A DNA stretch of 64,000 nucleotides from a bacterium. Lineage in GTDB: Bacteria; Patescibacteriota; CPR2; UBA1875; JAJYID01. The translations under genes and the position numbers were made by a program. Each line of letters opens with the position of its first letter. Position 1 is the stretch's first letter. The notes beneath the pieces were generated by a model, which had not been told where the DNA came from, did no database searches, and saw only the letters and a program-made list of their open reading frames with translations. The stretch spans positions 28,770-92,769 of the forward strand of contig JAUSJO010000008.1 in NCBI GenBank assembly GCA_030647205.1. Direction: 5' to 3'. Positions 54,739 through 63,735 of this stretch are shown here, in pieces.

Positions 54739-54790
54739 GGGGCGCTTTGAACGGACTTAATTGTCCGAACAAAGCGCCCTTTTTCTTTTG
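54739..54790. terminator. Bidirectional terminator between convergent genes
   Basis: ggggcgctttg-[cggac-ttaatt-gtccg]-aacaaagcgccc followed by TTTTTCTTTT. Confidence 0.65.
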
Positions 54791-54829
54791 TCTAAAGAAA
54801 AAGCAATAATTTTTTCTCAAACAGTTTGC

Positions 54830-55351
54830 TTAGGATTTTTCTAAAATAAGGTCGCTATAGGATAACTCAACCAGGTCTTTTTCCGGAATTCCAAATAGTT
54901 TCATATATTTTTGGCACTGATCATACAGAACTTCTTTGCTTATCTTGCCCGTATCGTCAACTGCCTCAATCTCAATGAAAGTGCCTAAATCGCGAACCGT
55001 ATCTATATGAAATCTCACGTTATCTATAGAGTAAATTTCTCTTTGTTTATCTACAACTGTTAGAACTTCGAGCGCCTTTTCTAGGATTTCTTTTATTGAA
55101 GCCGCATCCTTGACTTGGGTTCGGGTGATATTTGACTGTTTCGGACCGCATTTGTTTTCTCTGGTATAGTAGATCAGATGATTCTTATTATCTACTTCCC
55201 GTAATTTGAGACGACCATCACTCACCTTGAAGTAAGTGTCGACTTGGTGGTCAGTACCTAAAAAGTCGGCTTTTTTTGAATTTAAAATTTTACGAACACG
55301 ATCATGGTTTTTTGAGAGTGCTTTAATCTCAATATTGATATGTTTTTTCAT
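54830..55351 (-). CDS. CYTH domain protein (CyaB-like class IV adenylyl cyclase / triphosphatase family)
   Basis: N-terminal 'INIEIKALSKN' (ExExK). The 173-aa length and the acidic and basic residue pattern ('KLREVD', 'FIEIEAV') are typical of CyaB/ThTPase-like CYTH proteins. Confidence 0.7.
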   Translation of the reverse strand: MKKHINIEIKALSKNHDRVRKILNSKKADFLGTDHQVDTYFKVSDGRLKLREVDNKNHLIYYTRENKCGPKQSNITRTQVKDAASIKEILEKALEVLTVVDKQREIYSIDNVRFHIDTVRDLGTFIEIEAVDDTGKISKEVLYDQCQKYMKLFGIPEKDLVELSYSDLILEKS

Positions 55352-56418
55352 TATTCTAGGTTTTCTAATGCTTTTTCTTGTGAGGCTTTTTGAAGTGCGG
55401 AGATAATATCATCCAGTTTACCGTTTAATATTTCCGGTAAGTTATGGGAAGAGAAGTTTATTCTATGATCAGTAACTCTGTCTTGAGGGAAGTTATAAGT
55501 GCGGATTTTTTCGCTCCTATCTCCCGAACCGATTTGTGACTTACGAAGGTCACTTCTTTTTTTAGATTCTTCCTCAAGTTTTATTGCGAGTAGTCTGGAT
55601 CTTAAAACAGACATCGCTTTTTCTTTATTCTTCAACTGCGACTTGCCATCTTGGCAGGAAACTATCATGCCTGTAGGTATGTAAGTGATGCGAACGGCAG
55701 AGTCGGTAGTGTTCACGCTTTGTCCGCCTGGACCTGATGAGCGAAATACATCCACTTTTATGTCAGCGGGAGAGATCTCAATATCTACTTCTTCTGCTTC
55801 CGGCATTACAGCGACTGTTGCGGCTGAGGTGTGTATGCGTCCTTGTGACTCTGTTTCAGGAACACGCTGAACTCTATGAACTCCGCTCTCGAACTTCAAA
55901 TATTTGTAAACATCTTCGCCCTCAATACGCGCTACCATTTCCTTGATGCCCTCAATCCCCGTAATATTCGAGGTCATAACAGACACTTTCCAGTTCATCT
56001 TTTCCGCATATCGTGAGTACATTCTGAAAAGATCTCCGGCAAAAAGAGCTGCTTCATCACCGCCTGTGCCGGCGCGGATTTCCAAAATTACATTTTTCTC
56101 GTCAGAAGGATCTGTCGGGGTCAGCATAGTTTGAAGCCTTTTTTCCGTTTCTATAATTTTGCCTTCAGTCTCTGCAATTTGCTCGGATAAAAACTCCTTC
56201 ATTGACTCATCGGTCTCTTTCTCCACCATATCTTTAGAGTTTGCGATATCGTCTTTGAGCCGCTGTAAATCCTCAAAAACCACGAGTAACCCCTTCAACT
56301 CTGTATGTCTTCTTGATAAAGTCTTTAATTTCTGGGCGTCAGAAGCTATATCGGGAGAGGCGAGTTCCTTCTCGATTTCTTCAAATTCTTTTTTAAACTG
56401 GTCGTATTTATCTAGCAT
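55351..56418 (-). CDS. prfA: Peptide chain release factor 1
   Basis: GGQ motif '[24 protein letters not shown]' and RF1-type domain 2 '[26 protein letters not shown]'. The recognition tripeptide reads PET where canonical RF1 has PAT/PVT. Confidence 0.9.
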   Translation of the reverse strand: MLDKYDQFKKEFEEIEKELASPDIASDAQKLKTLSRRHTELKGLLVVFEDLQRLKDDIANSKDMVEKETDESMKEFLSEQIAETEGKIIETEKRLQTMLTPTDPSDEKNVILEIRAGTGGDEAALFAGDLFRMYSRYAEKMNWKVSVMTSNITGIEGIKEMVARIEGEDVYKYLKFESGVHRVQRVPETESQGRIHTSAATVAVMPEAEEVDIEISPADIKVDVFRSSGPGGQSVNTTDSAVRITYIPTGMIVSCQDGKSQLKNKEKAMSVLRSRLLAIKLEEESKKRSDLRKSQIGSGDRSEKIRTYNFPQDRVTDHRINFSSHNLPEILNGKLDDIISALQKASQEKALENLE

Positions 56419-56474
56419 AGATACAATTATAGCGCTTTTTGGCGTACCAAAATAGCGCTATACCTATAAATTAT

Positions 56475-56828
56475 TTATTTTTCGTCAGTTGTTTCGTTTT
56501 GATCCGGCTTAACATCAACTGTTTCTTCTTTTAGTTCTTCTTTAATTTCTTCCATTTTTTTGTCTAAGCTAAGAACTTCCTTAGGCTCGACTTTTTCTGT
56601 CTTTGGCTTTTTTGAATCCTTTAGTTTTTGTGCTGTTTCCATCCTTGCCTTAAACTTATCAACTCTTCCGGCTGTATCAACTAGTTTTTGTTTACCTGTG
56701 AAAAATGGGTGACAAGCAGAGCAAATTTCCACTGCCAAATCGCCAACGGTATTTTTTGTCTCAATGACATTCCCACAACCGCAGGTCACTTTTGCTTTTT
56801 TATATTCCGGATGTATATCTTTTTTCAT
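56475..56828 (-). CDS. rpmE: 50S ribosomal protein L31 with a ~45-aa K/E-rich C-terminal extension
   Basis: '[59 protein letters not shown]' is the L31 core with its Cys4 zinc site. Confidence 0.9.
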   Translation of the reverse strand: MKKDIHPEYKKAKVTCGCGNVIETKNTVGDLAVEICSACHPFFTGKQKLVDTAGRVDKFKARMETAQKLKDSKKPKTEKVEPKEVLSLDKKMEEIKEELKEETVDVKPDQNETTDEK

Positions 56829-56962
56829 AACAGAGATATTTTAGCAGAAAAAATCAAATGTATCAAGGGTTTTGATACAGCATAAAAGCATTGACATTTT
56901 GGATGAATATGATATAATACCGCAAGTACGTTGTAAATCAATTCTTTCTGGAGGGAGTCCTC

Positions 56963-57145
56963 ATGAAAATTATCCTCGGTTTTGCGATCATGGCGCTTGG
57001 AGGATACTTATGCACCTTAGCGATGGGTGACACGAGCAGTCCCATAAGTGTCCTTGGTCTTACCGAGTTTTTTGCTGGGATTATAGTTTTCTTCACGGGG
57101 CTCGGTATTGCAGTGGATGATTTTGTAAATCGGCTCCCCATCTAA
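56963..57145 (+). CDS. Small membrane protein (60 aa)
   Basis: Two hydrophobic helices. SD 'ggaggg'. Confidence 0.45.
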   Translation: MKIILGFAIMALGGYLCTLAMGDTSSPISVLGLTEFFAGIIVFFTGLGIAVDDFVNRLPI

Positions 57146-57160
57146 CAGGAGGTTGTTCAG

Positions 57161-57370
57161 ATGACAAGACTAATCGGTGTTGTAATACTGATAGTTGGGC
57201 TGGTACTGTTTTACATGGCAGTTACCAATCCTACTCCGGCAGATGAAAGCCTGGTTGTCTCTGTTGAGGCAATATTAGCAGTAGCTTTCGTGGGCTGGGG
57301 AACTTACACCGGGTTTCGGAGTTTGCTCCATCGGATATCCGTCTATGCCGGGCTATCCAAAGACAACTAG
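57161..57370 (+). CDS. Small membrane protein (69 aa)
   Basis: Two hydrophobic helices. SD 'aggagg'. It is followed by a terminator. Confidence 0.5.
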   Translation: MTRLIGVVILIVGLVLFYMAVTNPTPADESLVVSVEAILAVAFVGWGTYTGFRSLLHRISVYAGLSKDN

Positions 57371-57400
57371 CTCCGACAACTTGATATACCGTACGCCTAG

Positions 57401-57437
57401 GCGGGCCATATGCAACATTTGGCCCGCTTTTTCTTTT
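57401..57437 (+). terminator. Rho-independent terminator
   Basis: gcgggccat-atgcaacatt-tggcccgc followed by TTTTTCTTTT. Confidence 0.75.
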
Positions 57438-57451
57438 ATTAAGAGTTATGC

Positions 57452-57513
57452 TATAATCTTTTTATCTAAAAAAGCTTGAGTCGGGAGGGATCCCGGCTTG
57501 TTCGTTTACAAAA
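57452..57513 (+). promoter_or_regulatory. Promoter/5'-leader module, copy 2 (TATAAT ... atctaaaaaa ... gtcgggaGGGATCCCggcttgttcgtttacaaa)
   Basis: Near-identical to 27100-27158. GGGATCCC lies at 57487-57494. Confidence 0.6.
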
Positions 57514-57535
57514 TTGCTTGGAAAAGGAGGATATC

Positions 57536-58126
57536 TTGAGTAATAGCTCTGATAACAGTATTAAACTTTCTGTGGGGGTGACCGACCATTTAATACCGTT
57601 ACTCGTAGATCTTTTCTATGATAACGGCGAGGGCATGGCTCTAAAAAGTAGTCTGCAGGGGTTTATTTCAGAAAAAAGCCAGGAACGAGCCTGGTCGAAT
57701 TTTCAAGATGTCTTTGGCCTTTTGGATAAAAACGAAACCGAGGAGAGGTTCGAGGGTTTTAGCATCATAATTTCTAATATAGACTTTACCGGATACGATG
57801 ACTTTTGCCATCTAATGGACGAAAAGGCAAGGGAGCTTAGCAGAGTGCTTGCAGACGATCCGATCATAAGAAACAGAGACTCAGGAGAAATCTCTGCAAG
57901 CTTGTATCGGGAATATGCTTCGCTGCGCATCATGGAAGCATGTATATCCATAGTGATGGATGTGCTTATGGCTCTTTTTGACCGGCTGCCTTTTAGTAGT
58001 CAGCAGTTCATGAGCGAACCTCTTGCAAACCTGCCTCTGTCCTTTGGTATCAGTTTGCATAAAGTCAACAGTCAGGAAGAAATGATAAGGGCTAATCTTA
58101 TCAAATTCGAGGATATCAAGCCCTGA
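57536..58126 (+). CDS. Hypothetical protein (196 aa)
   Basis: The start is set to the TTG at 57536, which follows SD 'aaaggagga'. The longer ORF from 57476 would translate the conserved leader motif. Confidence 0.5.
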   Translation: MSNSSDNSIKLSVGVTDHLIPLLVDLFYDNGEGMALKSSLQGFISEKSQERAWSNFQDVFGLLDKNETEERFEGFSIIISNIDFTGYDDFCHLMDEKARELSRVLADDPIIRNRDSGEISASLYREYASLRIMEACISIVMDVLMALFDRLPFSSQQFMSEPLANLPLSFGISLHKVNSQEEMIRANLIKFEDIKP

Positions 58127-58249
58127 TAAACTTCTGAGGGAGTTGAAAAGCTCGAGACTACCCATAAAATGGTGGCAAAAGCAGAGGATTCAGGCGAAAA
58201 TATCCAAGCAAGATTCTATGCTCTCAATTAAGCAAAAAGAGCAACCTAT

Positions 58250-58327
58250 GGGGGGTGGCCATCGCAAGTGGAACAGTGATTCCACGATGGCCACCCCGAC
58301 CCGAAAAATGAGTTCGGGTCTTTTTTA
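58250..58327 (+). ncRNA. Double-hairpin element, copy 1 (a long stem-loop plus an intrinsic terminator); candidate structured 3' element or small RNA
   Basis: ggggtggccatcg-[caagtggaacagtgattccac]-cgatggccacccc, then gacccgaa-aaatgagt-tcgggtc followed by TTTTTT. The homologue at 58965-59040 carries compensatory stem changes. Confidence 0.55.
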
Positions 58328-58460
58328 TAACAAACCTGTGATGTGTCATATGGTTAAGTGTTGCATATTTATGTTTATCGTGGTATAGTTACTAAACGTT
58401 ATTATCCGGGGGTAAATCCCCGGTTTTTATTACGCGCAACTTAGAAAGGTGGTTTTCAAA

Positions 58461-58943
58461 GTGGCCTTTGAATTGGAAAACAAAGCATTAAAAGGGATTA
58501 TTCAAAGCGATCCGGGAATGTTTTCAAACTATAGTTTAGAAGGGTCTGCTGACGATAAATTCGTGCCATATGCATTCGCTTGCATATACCCCATAAGGAC
58601 GCTGAGCTATGTTTTTTTTCAAGTGGACGGGGGCGAGATTGATGTCGCAGCTCACCGCAAAATGATCATGGAGTACACGCTGAGAGATGAGGTTTTTGAA
58701 ATACAAAAACCCATACTTGAAGTCTGGGACGGTTTGAACGAGCTGCATACTGATCTTGCAGTAAGTCTCTACGCTGAAGTCCTGGACAGAATGCAGCTTC
58801 CTTTCACATTCATCATGTTTGCCCGGACCTATCCCAAAGGAGAAAGGCTAGCCGCTCTTTATCATCCTTCTGAGTTTCCCAGTTCTGTCTGCCTCAATTT
58901 GTTAAAGGAAGCAGTCAAGAAAAGAGATGTGAGGGATAACTAG
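58461..58943 (+). CDS. Hypothetical protein
   Basis: The ORF begins at 58449 in the track. The GTG at 58461 is better placed relative to SD 'aaaggtgg'. No known domain. Confidence 0.45.
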   Translation: MAFELENKALKGIIQSDPGMFSNYSLEGSADDKFVPYAFACIYPIRTLSYVFFQVDGGEIDVAAHRKMIMEYTLRDEVFEIQKPILEVWDGLNELHTDLAVSLYAEVLDRMQLPFTFIMFARTYPKGERLAALYHPSEFPSSVCLNLLKEAVKKRDVRDN

Positions 58944-58964
58944 GAAGGACTGGAAAACGATTTG

Positions 58965-59040
58965 TGGGGGTGGCCGCCAAACTGGAACTGTGATTCCAAA
59001 ACGGCCACCCCGACCCAAGATTTGTTTTGGGTCTTTTTTA
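58965..59040 (+). ncRNA. Double-hairpin element, copy 2
   Basis: gggggtggccgcc-[aaactggaactgtgattccaaaa]-cggccacccc, then gacccaag-atttgtt-ttgggtc followed by TTTTTT. It shares the loop core tggaac.gtgattcca with copy 1. Confidence 0.55.
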
Positions 59041-59646
59041 TTTTGCCAGCACTTTGGCTATTTCTTTTTTTAAATAGGTTAGGGCTGTAGGATCAGCTTC
59101 ATTTTGTGTCGACTGAATACATTTTTCTAGAAGTGGCAAGTATAGTTTTCTTGTTTCTTCAAATTTTCTTTCCCTCTTGGCTTCATCGATATCATCCGAA
59201 TCTCGCAGGTTGTGCAGTCTGTCGGCAAACTTGACTATGATGACACCCATGTCGTCGCATTCGTACATTTTTTTTACGTAACTTTCCACATCATTTGTCT
59301 TTGTAAGATATCCAAGGCCGTTTACCACTCTTTCTCCAAAAAGTTTGTCTAGTCCATGGTTTGAGAGGATGAAGCTGTCTTCGATAATGTCGTGCAGAAG
59401 CGCCATGATAATCATCTCAGGATCATATATCTTTAGCTCATTTATCAGAACAAGGGCAACGTTTTTTGGATGTTCAAAATATCTTGCTCCCTGGTCTCTA
59501 AACTGATTTCTGTGTCCATATTTTGATAAGGTATAGGCGTCTTCTATGGTTTTTAGGTCTTCTTTTGAAACATGAGGTCTCAAAGTATCTAGAAAACTTA
59601 TTCTGTTTACAGTTTGTTGATTTACCATTTCATTTAATCCCTTCAT
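59038..59646 (-). CDS. HD-domain (p)ppGpp hydrolase, a small alarmone hydrolase of the RelA/SpoT-HD type
   Basis: 'YTLSKYGHRNQFRDQGARYFEHPKNVALVL' and 'ALLHDIIEDS' form the His-Asp metal motif of the RelA/SpoT HD domain. 202 aa with no synthetase domain. Confidence 0.75.
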   Translation of the reverse strand: MKGLNEMVNQQTVNRISFLDTLRPHVSKEDLKTIEDAYTLSKYGHRNQFRDQGARYFEHPKNVALVLINELKIYDPEMIIMALLHDIIEDSFILSNHGLDKLFGERVVNGLGYLTKTNDVESYVKKMYECDDMGVIIVKFADRLHNLRDSDDIDEAKRERKFEETRKLYLPLLEKCIQSTQNEADPTALTYLKKEIAKVLAK

Positions 59647-59719
59647 CGTTCGTTAGCTTTATTGATGGAGTGTGCCCCCGGGCGACTTAGCCGCCCGGGA
59701 TTATAGTAGCACTTGTCAG

Positions 59720-59965
59720 TTAGAAGTGGAAGGCGCGGGTTTCTTGGAGTTGTTTGTCCTTGTCCAAGAACAAATTGTACACCTCCATGACCCTTTGCAT
59801 CTCCATCTCTCTGAACTTTTCCGTTTTTTCGTTGGCATCCTCTTCTGGCATGACGTACACGGGATAGTCTTCATGGTCAAACGTGTCACAGACCACGATC
59901 ATGTGGGTTGCTCCCTGTTTCTTCCCTTGATTGAACCATCTTGAGATCGTACTTGGCGCGGTCAT
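59720..59965 (-). CDS. Hypothetical small protein
   Basis: 81-aa ORF with SD 'aaggaggag' upstream on the minus strand. Confidence 0.5.
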   Translation of the reverse strand: MTAPSTISRWFNQGKKQGATHMIVVCDTFDHEDYPVYVMPEEDANEKTEKFREMEMQRVMEVYNLFLDKDKQLQETRAFHF

Positions 59966-60139
59966 AGCTCCTCCTTTGTTTGGGGTTTAGAGACGTCCTA
60001 GAACGAAAAAATGCGGCTGACAAGGTACTTACTACCTTGTAATAACCGCAATGGACGCTTTCTAGATGAAAGCCGCTGACCTATTACATTTTCATTTTAT
60101 CATACATACCGTATTTGTCAAGTACTCGTTGCGTGTTTT

Positions 60140-60343
60140 TTGTCTTTAGGTCCTTGGTTGGTTTATAATACATTCATGCAAAAGGGGATTATTATGATCG
60201 GACTTTTTATCGGATCATCCATTGGCAGCTACCTGCCTGTACTTTGGGGTGGTAGTTTACTTTCATTCACTTCAGTATTATTGGGCGCAATTGGCGGTTT
60301 GGCTGGTGTCTGGACAGGGTATAAAATTACACAGAGTTTTTAG
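60140..60343 (+). CDS. Small glycine-zipper membrane protein; the start is probably an internal Met near 60185-60194
   Basis: 'IGLFIGSSIGSYLPVLWGG...LLGAIGGLAGVWTGY' forms two Gly-rich TM helices. SD 'aaagggg'. Confidence 0.45.
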   Translation: MSLGPWLVYNTFMQKGIIMIGLFIGSSIGSYLPVLWGGSLLSFTSVLLGAIGGLAGVWTGYKITQSF

Positions 60344-60506
60344 TATCTCGATTCCCTTGCATTCACCTTTATTCTTTGCTATACTAAACAAGCTTAAAAA
60401 AATATTAAAACACACGCTTTTTGATGCTCGATTCCTCCCGTAAAAGGGTTGTTGGGCAGGTGATAAAGGCGGAGGTCCGACGAATGTCGGAAAGAAAAGG
60501 AGAAAC

Positions 60507-61334
60507 ATGGCAGAAGTAACAATGCAAAAGCTATTTGAAGCGGGAGCACATTTCGGGCACCAGACACAAAGGTGGAATCCGAAGATGGCTCCTTATATTT
60601 TTACTCAAAAAAACAAGGTTCACATCATAGACCTTGCTCAGACTGTTAAGAAAATGGACGAAGCGAAGAAATTCGTTGAATCTATAGTGAAAAATGAAGG
60701 CAAAGTTCTCTTTGTCGGTACAAAGAAACAAGCGCAAAGCATTATTAAGGAAGAAGCCGAGAAATGCGGTATGCCTTATGTCTCAGAAAGATGGCTTGGC
60801 GGAATGCTGACGAACTTTCAGACGATTGCCTCAAGGACAAAGTACATGAAAGATCTTGAGAGAAATATCGAAGAAGGTACCGGGATGACAAAAAAGGAAA
60901 AGCTTAAGGGTGAGGAAGAGCTTAAAAAACTTCGAGCAAACCTTGGTGGTATCTTGGATATCACTAAAGTTCCTGATGCAATCTTTATAGTGGACATTGC
61001 TAAAGAGTCAACAGCGGTGAACGAAGCAAAAAAGATAGGGATACCAATAGTTGCGATCGTAGATACCAATGTAAACCCTGAACTTGTAGACTTTCCCATA
61101 CCAGCAAATGATGACGCTGTGAAAGCAGTAAAAATAATTTGTGAGTATATTTCAGACGCGATTAAGGCGGTACCGGTAAAGAAGGATACTAAAGAAGGTC
61201 CTGTAGCCACCTCTGATGACAAAAAGGAAGATAAAGTCTTGGAAAAGGATATAGAGAAAGCAGAGGAGCTAGAGGAAAAAGAAAAAGAAGTATTAGCGAA
61301 AGAATCAAAGAAAGAAGAGAAGGAGGCAAAATAA
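60507..61334 (+). CDS. rpsB: 30S ribosomal protein S2
   Basis: 'LFEAGAHFGHQTQRWNPKMAPYIF' is the S2 signature. It has an acidic/K-rich C-terminal tail. Confidence 0.95.
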   Translation: MAEVTMQKLFEAGAHFGHQTQRWNPKMAPYIFTQKNKVHIIDLAQTVKKMDEAKKFVESIVKNEGKVLFVGTKKQAQSIIKEEAEKCGMPYVSERWLGGMLTNFQTIASRTKYMKDLERNIEEGTGMTKKEKLKGEEELKKLRANLGGILDITKVPDAIFIVDIAKESTAVNEAKKIGIPIVAIVDTNVNPELVDFPIPANDDAVKAVKIICEYISDAIKAVPVKKDTKEGPVATSDDKKEDKVLEKDIEKAEELEEKEKEVLAKESKKEEKEAK

Positions 61335-61927
61335 TGGCAGATATAAAAGCAAGTGATGTAGCGTCTTTGCGTAAAATTACAGGCGCTCCCATGATGGATT
61401 GTAAAAAAGCACTAGTTGAGTCAAGTGGAGATACAGACAAGGCAATCGAGTATCTACGGAAAAAGGGAGCTGCAACAGCAGCAAAAAGAGCCGACCGTGA
61501 GGCAAAGGAAGGCGTAGTTGCTTCATATATTCATGGTGATAAACTTGGTGTTCTGGTCGAGGTGAACTCAGAAACTGACTTTGTCGCAAGAAGCGAGGAC
61601 TTTCAGAAGTTTGCTAAGGATGTAGCGATGCACGTGGCAGCAGCTAATCCGGAATATTTGAAACCGGAAGATGTCCCATCGGAAATCTTAGACAAAGAAA
61701 AAGAAATAGAGCTTGAGAAGCTAAAAAAAGAAGGCAAACCGGAGAATATTCTAGAAAAAATCTGGGAAGGCAAAAAAGAAAAATATTTTAGCGAGAATTG
61801 CCTGATGAAGCAAAGTTATGTGAAAAATCCTGATATTACCATTGAAGAACTTTTAAATGAAGTTGTTGGGAAAATCGGGGAAAAGATAGAGATACGAAGA
61901 TTCGCACGGTTCGAAGTAGGAAAATAA
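61334..61927 (+). CDS. tsf: Elongation factor Ts
   Basis: The N-terminal UBA-like 'LRKITGAPMMDCKKALVESSGDTDKAIEYLRKKG' is the EF-Ts signature. It is a short form at 197 aa. Confidence 0.95.
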   Translation: MADIKASDVASLRKITGAPMMDCKKALVESSGDTDKAIEYLRKKGAATAAKRADREAKEGVVASYIHGDKLGVLVEVNSETDFVARSEDFQKFAKDVAMHVAAANPEYLKPEDVPSEILDKEKEIELEKLKKEGKPENILEKIWEGKKEKYFSENCLMKQSYVKNPDITIEELLNEVVGKIGEKIEIRRFARFEVGK

Positions 61928-61989
61928 GATTAGCACTTTAGTATAGATTTCCGTTCTTTACGGGAAATAACAAAAGGAGGAACTACGAT

Positions 61990-62547
61990 ATGATACAAGA
62001 AATTGTGAAAGAAACTGAGCCAAAGTTTAAAAAGGCCATTGAGATACTGGAAGAGGAAATGGCAGCCATCCACACAGGAAGGGCGAGCTCTTCCTTGATT
62101 GATGGTATTCTTGTCGACGTATATGGAGTCAAAACTCCGATTAAAGCTGTTGCAAATATTTCTATACCTGAGCCGAGATCTATCTTGATACAGCCTTGGG
62201 ATAGGTCAAACATATCCCAAATAGAAACAGCTATTCGTGAATCAGACCTGAAGCTCAACCCGGTAAACACTGGTGAAAATATCCGTATCAATCTGCCGGA
62301 GCTGACGGAAGATCGAAGAAAAGAGTTCGTTAAGGTTGCTAAAGAAAAGGCAGAAAGTGCCCGAGTATCAGTACGAAATGTTCGCGGGGAAGCTTGGAAC
62401 GCCATAAAAAAAGCAAAAACTGATGGGAAGATTGGCGAAGATGATATGTATTACGGTGAAGAACAATTGCAAAAGATTGTTGATAAGCACAATAAGGAGA
62501 TAGAAGAAGTTTTCTCCAAAAAAGAATCCGAGCTTTTAACTATTTGA
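61990..62547 (+). CDS. frr: Ribosome recycling factor
   Basis: 185 aa. 'RINLPELTEDRRKEFVKVAKEKAESARVSVRNVRGEA' is the RRF signature. Confidence 0.95.
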   Translation: MIQEIVKETEPKFKKAIEILEEEMAAIHTGRASSSLIDGILVDVYGVKTPIKAVANISIPEPRSILIQPWDRSNISQIETAIRESDLKLNPVNTGENIRINLPELTEDRRKEFVKVAKEKAESARVSVRNVRGEAWNAIKKAKTDGKIGEDDMYYGEEQLQKIVDKHNKEIEEVFSKKESELLTI

Positions 62548-62577
62548 CATTAAATTTTTTAACGAAAGGAGCCTTGT

Positions 62578-63705
62578 TTGGCACTTTTAATCTCGATCCT
62601 AGGAGTTTTGTTTGTTTTCTCTCTCATTATTTTTGTGCATGAGTTCGGTCATTTTATAGCTGCAAAAAGAAGCGGAGTCAGGGTTGATGAGTTCGCTTTT
62701 GGTTTTCCTCCAAAACTATGGAGTAAGAAAAAAGGAGATACTAAATACGCCATAAATCTTATTCCCCTCGGCGGTTATGTGAAAATTCACGGCGATGATG
62801 GGTCAAATCCTGACGATCCGACTAGTTATGCAGGAAAACCGGCGTATATAAAAATTATTATTCTGCTTGCCGGCGTTACCCTGAACTTTGTACTGGCATG
62901 GTTTATACTTTTTGGCGGATATCTTTTTGGCATGCAACCGATACTGCCCGAGATGGCTGCTCACAATGGCATCCAAAACAATATGAAAGTTGTCGTGTCA
63001 AATGTCGAGAAAGGCACTCCGGCTGAAAAAGTGGGCATTCAAAAGAGTGATGTGATAAAAAGCGTAGATGGCCAGAGCATAAAGACAAATTTTGAAATGC
63101 TCAGCTATTTTCAGGAGAAGTCAGATAAGTCTGGGGGACAACCGATATCTGTTAAAATTGTAATAGAAAGAAACGGCGGATCACTTGAAAAGACTATTAC
63201 AACCTATAAATCAAAGCAAAAGTCCGGGAAAAATGAGGTTGAGATAAACAGGATTGGTGTTGTTGTTGATAATAAAGGGAATATAAAGGCGCCGCCTCTA
63301 ATTGCTGCAAAAGTTGCTTTTCAAGAACTGGGCAGGATGATGTATCTGACTATCTTGGGGGTTTTCGACCTCTTCACGAAGTTGATCATGAGTTTTCAGG
63401 TATCAGATAATGTTGCCGGTCCCGTAGGTATCTTTGTAGTAACCGGCAGCTTTGCGCAAATGGGAATATCCGCACTTCTTCAGTTTGCGGCAGTTCTATC
63501 GATAGCTGTTGGCGTTTTTAACATTATCCCGATTCCCGGTCTTGATGGCGGACATACGCTTATAGTTTTGATAGAAACAGCTGTCAGAAAAAAGTTTTCC
63601 AACAAAACAAAAAATATCATCCAGTTTGCCGGTTTTGGGGCACTGATATTACTAATGGTAGTTGTAACCTTCAAAGATATCCTTAGATTTGGTATTATTA
63701 AGTAG
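62578..63705 (+). CDS. rseP: RIP metalloprotease RseP (site-2 protease, M50 family) with a PDZ domain
   Basis: 'HEFGHFIAAK' (HExxH), a central PDZ, and a C-terminal 'NIIPIPGLDGGH' (LDG motif). TTG start. Confidence 0.9.
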   Translation: MALLISILGVLFVFSLIIFVHEFGHFIAAKRSGVRVDEFAFGFPPKLWSKKKGDTKYAINLIPLGGYVKIHGDDGSNPDDPTSYAGKPAYIKIIILLAGVTLNFVLAWFILFGGYLFGMQPILPEMAAHNGIQNNMKVVVSNVEKGTPAEKVGIQKSDVIKSVDGQSIKTNFEMLSYFQEKSDKSGGQPISVKIVIERNGGSLEKTITTYKSKQKSGKNEVEINRIGVVVDNKGNIKAPPLIAAKVAFQELGRMMYLTILGVFDLFTKLIMSFQVSDNVAGPVGIFVVTGSFAQMGISALLQFAAVLSIAVGVFNIIPIPGLDGGHTLIVLIETAVRKKFSNKTKNIIQFAGFGALILLMVVVTFKDILRFGIIK

Positions 63706-63735
63706 TTTGATAATTAAAGTAATAATTCAAAAAAA

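Noticed and set aside
57476-57535. N-terminal 20 codons of the 57476 ORF, and similarly 46357-46416 for arsR and 27374-27445
   Set aside because: These segments would translate conserved non-coding motifs (the leader module and the operator repeats) and lack an SD. Downstream start codons with good SD spacing exist.
58250-58327. Possible tRNA or tRNA-like gene
   Set aside because: The fold is two hairpins (a 13-bp stem plus a terminator), not a cloverleaf. There are no T-loop or D-loop consensus sequences.
59647-59719. Hairpin cccgggcg-acttagc-cgcccggg between two minus-strand genes as a terminator
   Set aside because: No U-tract follows the hairpin in either orientation. It may be regulatory, but it is not a canonical intrinsic terminator.
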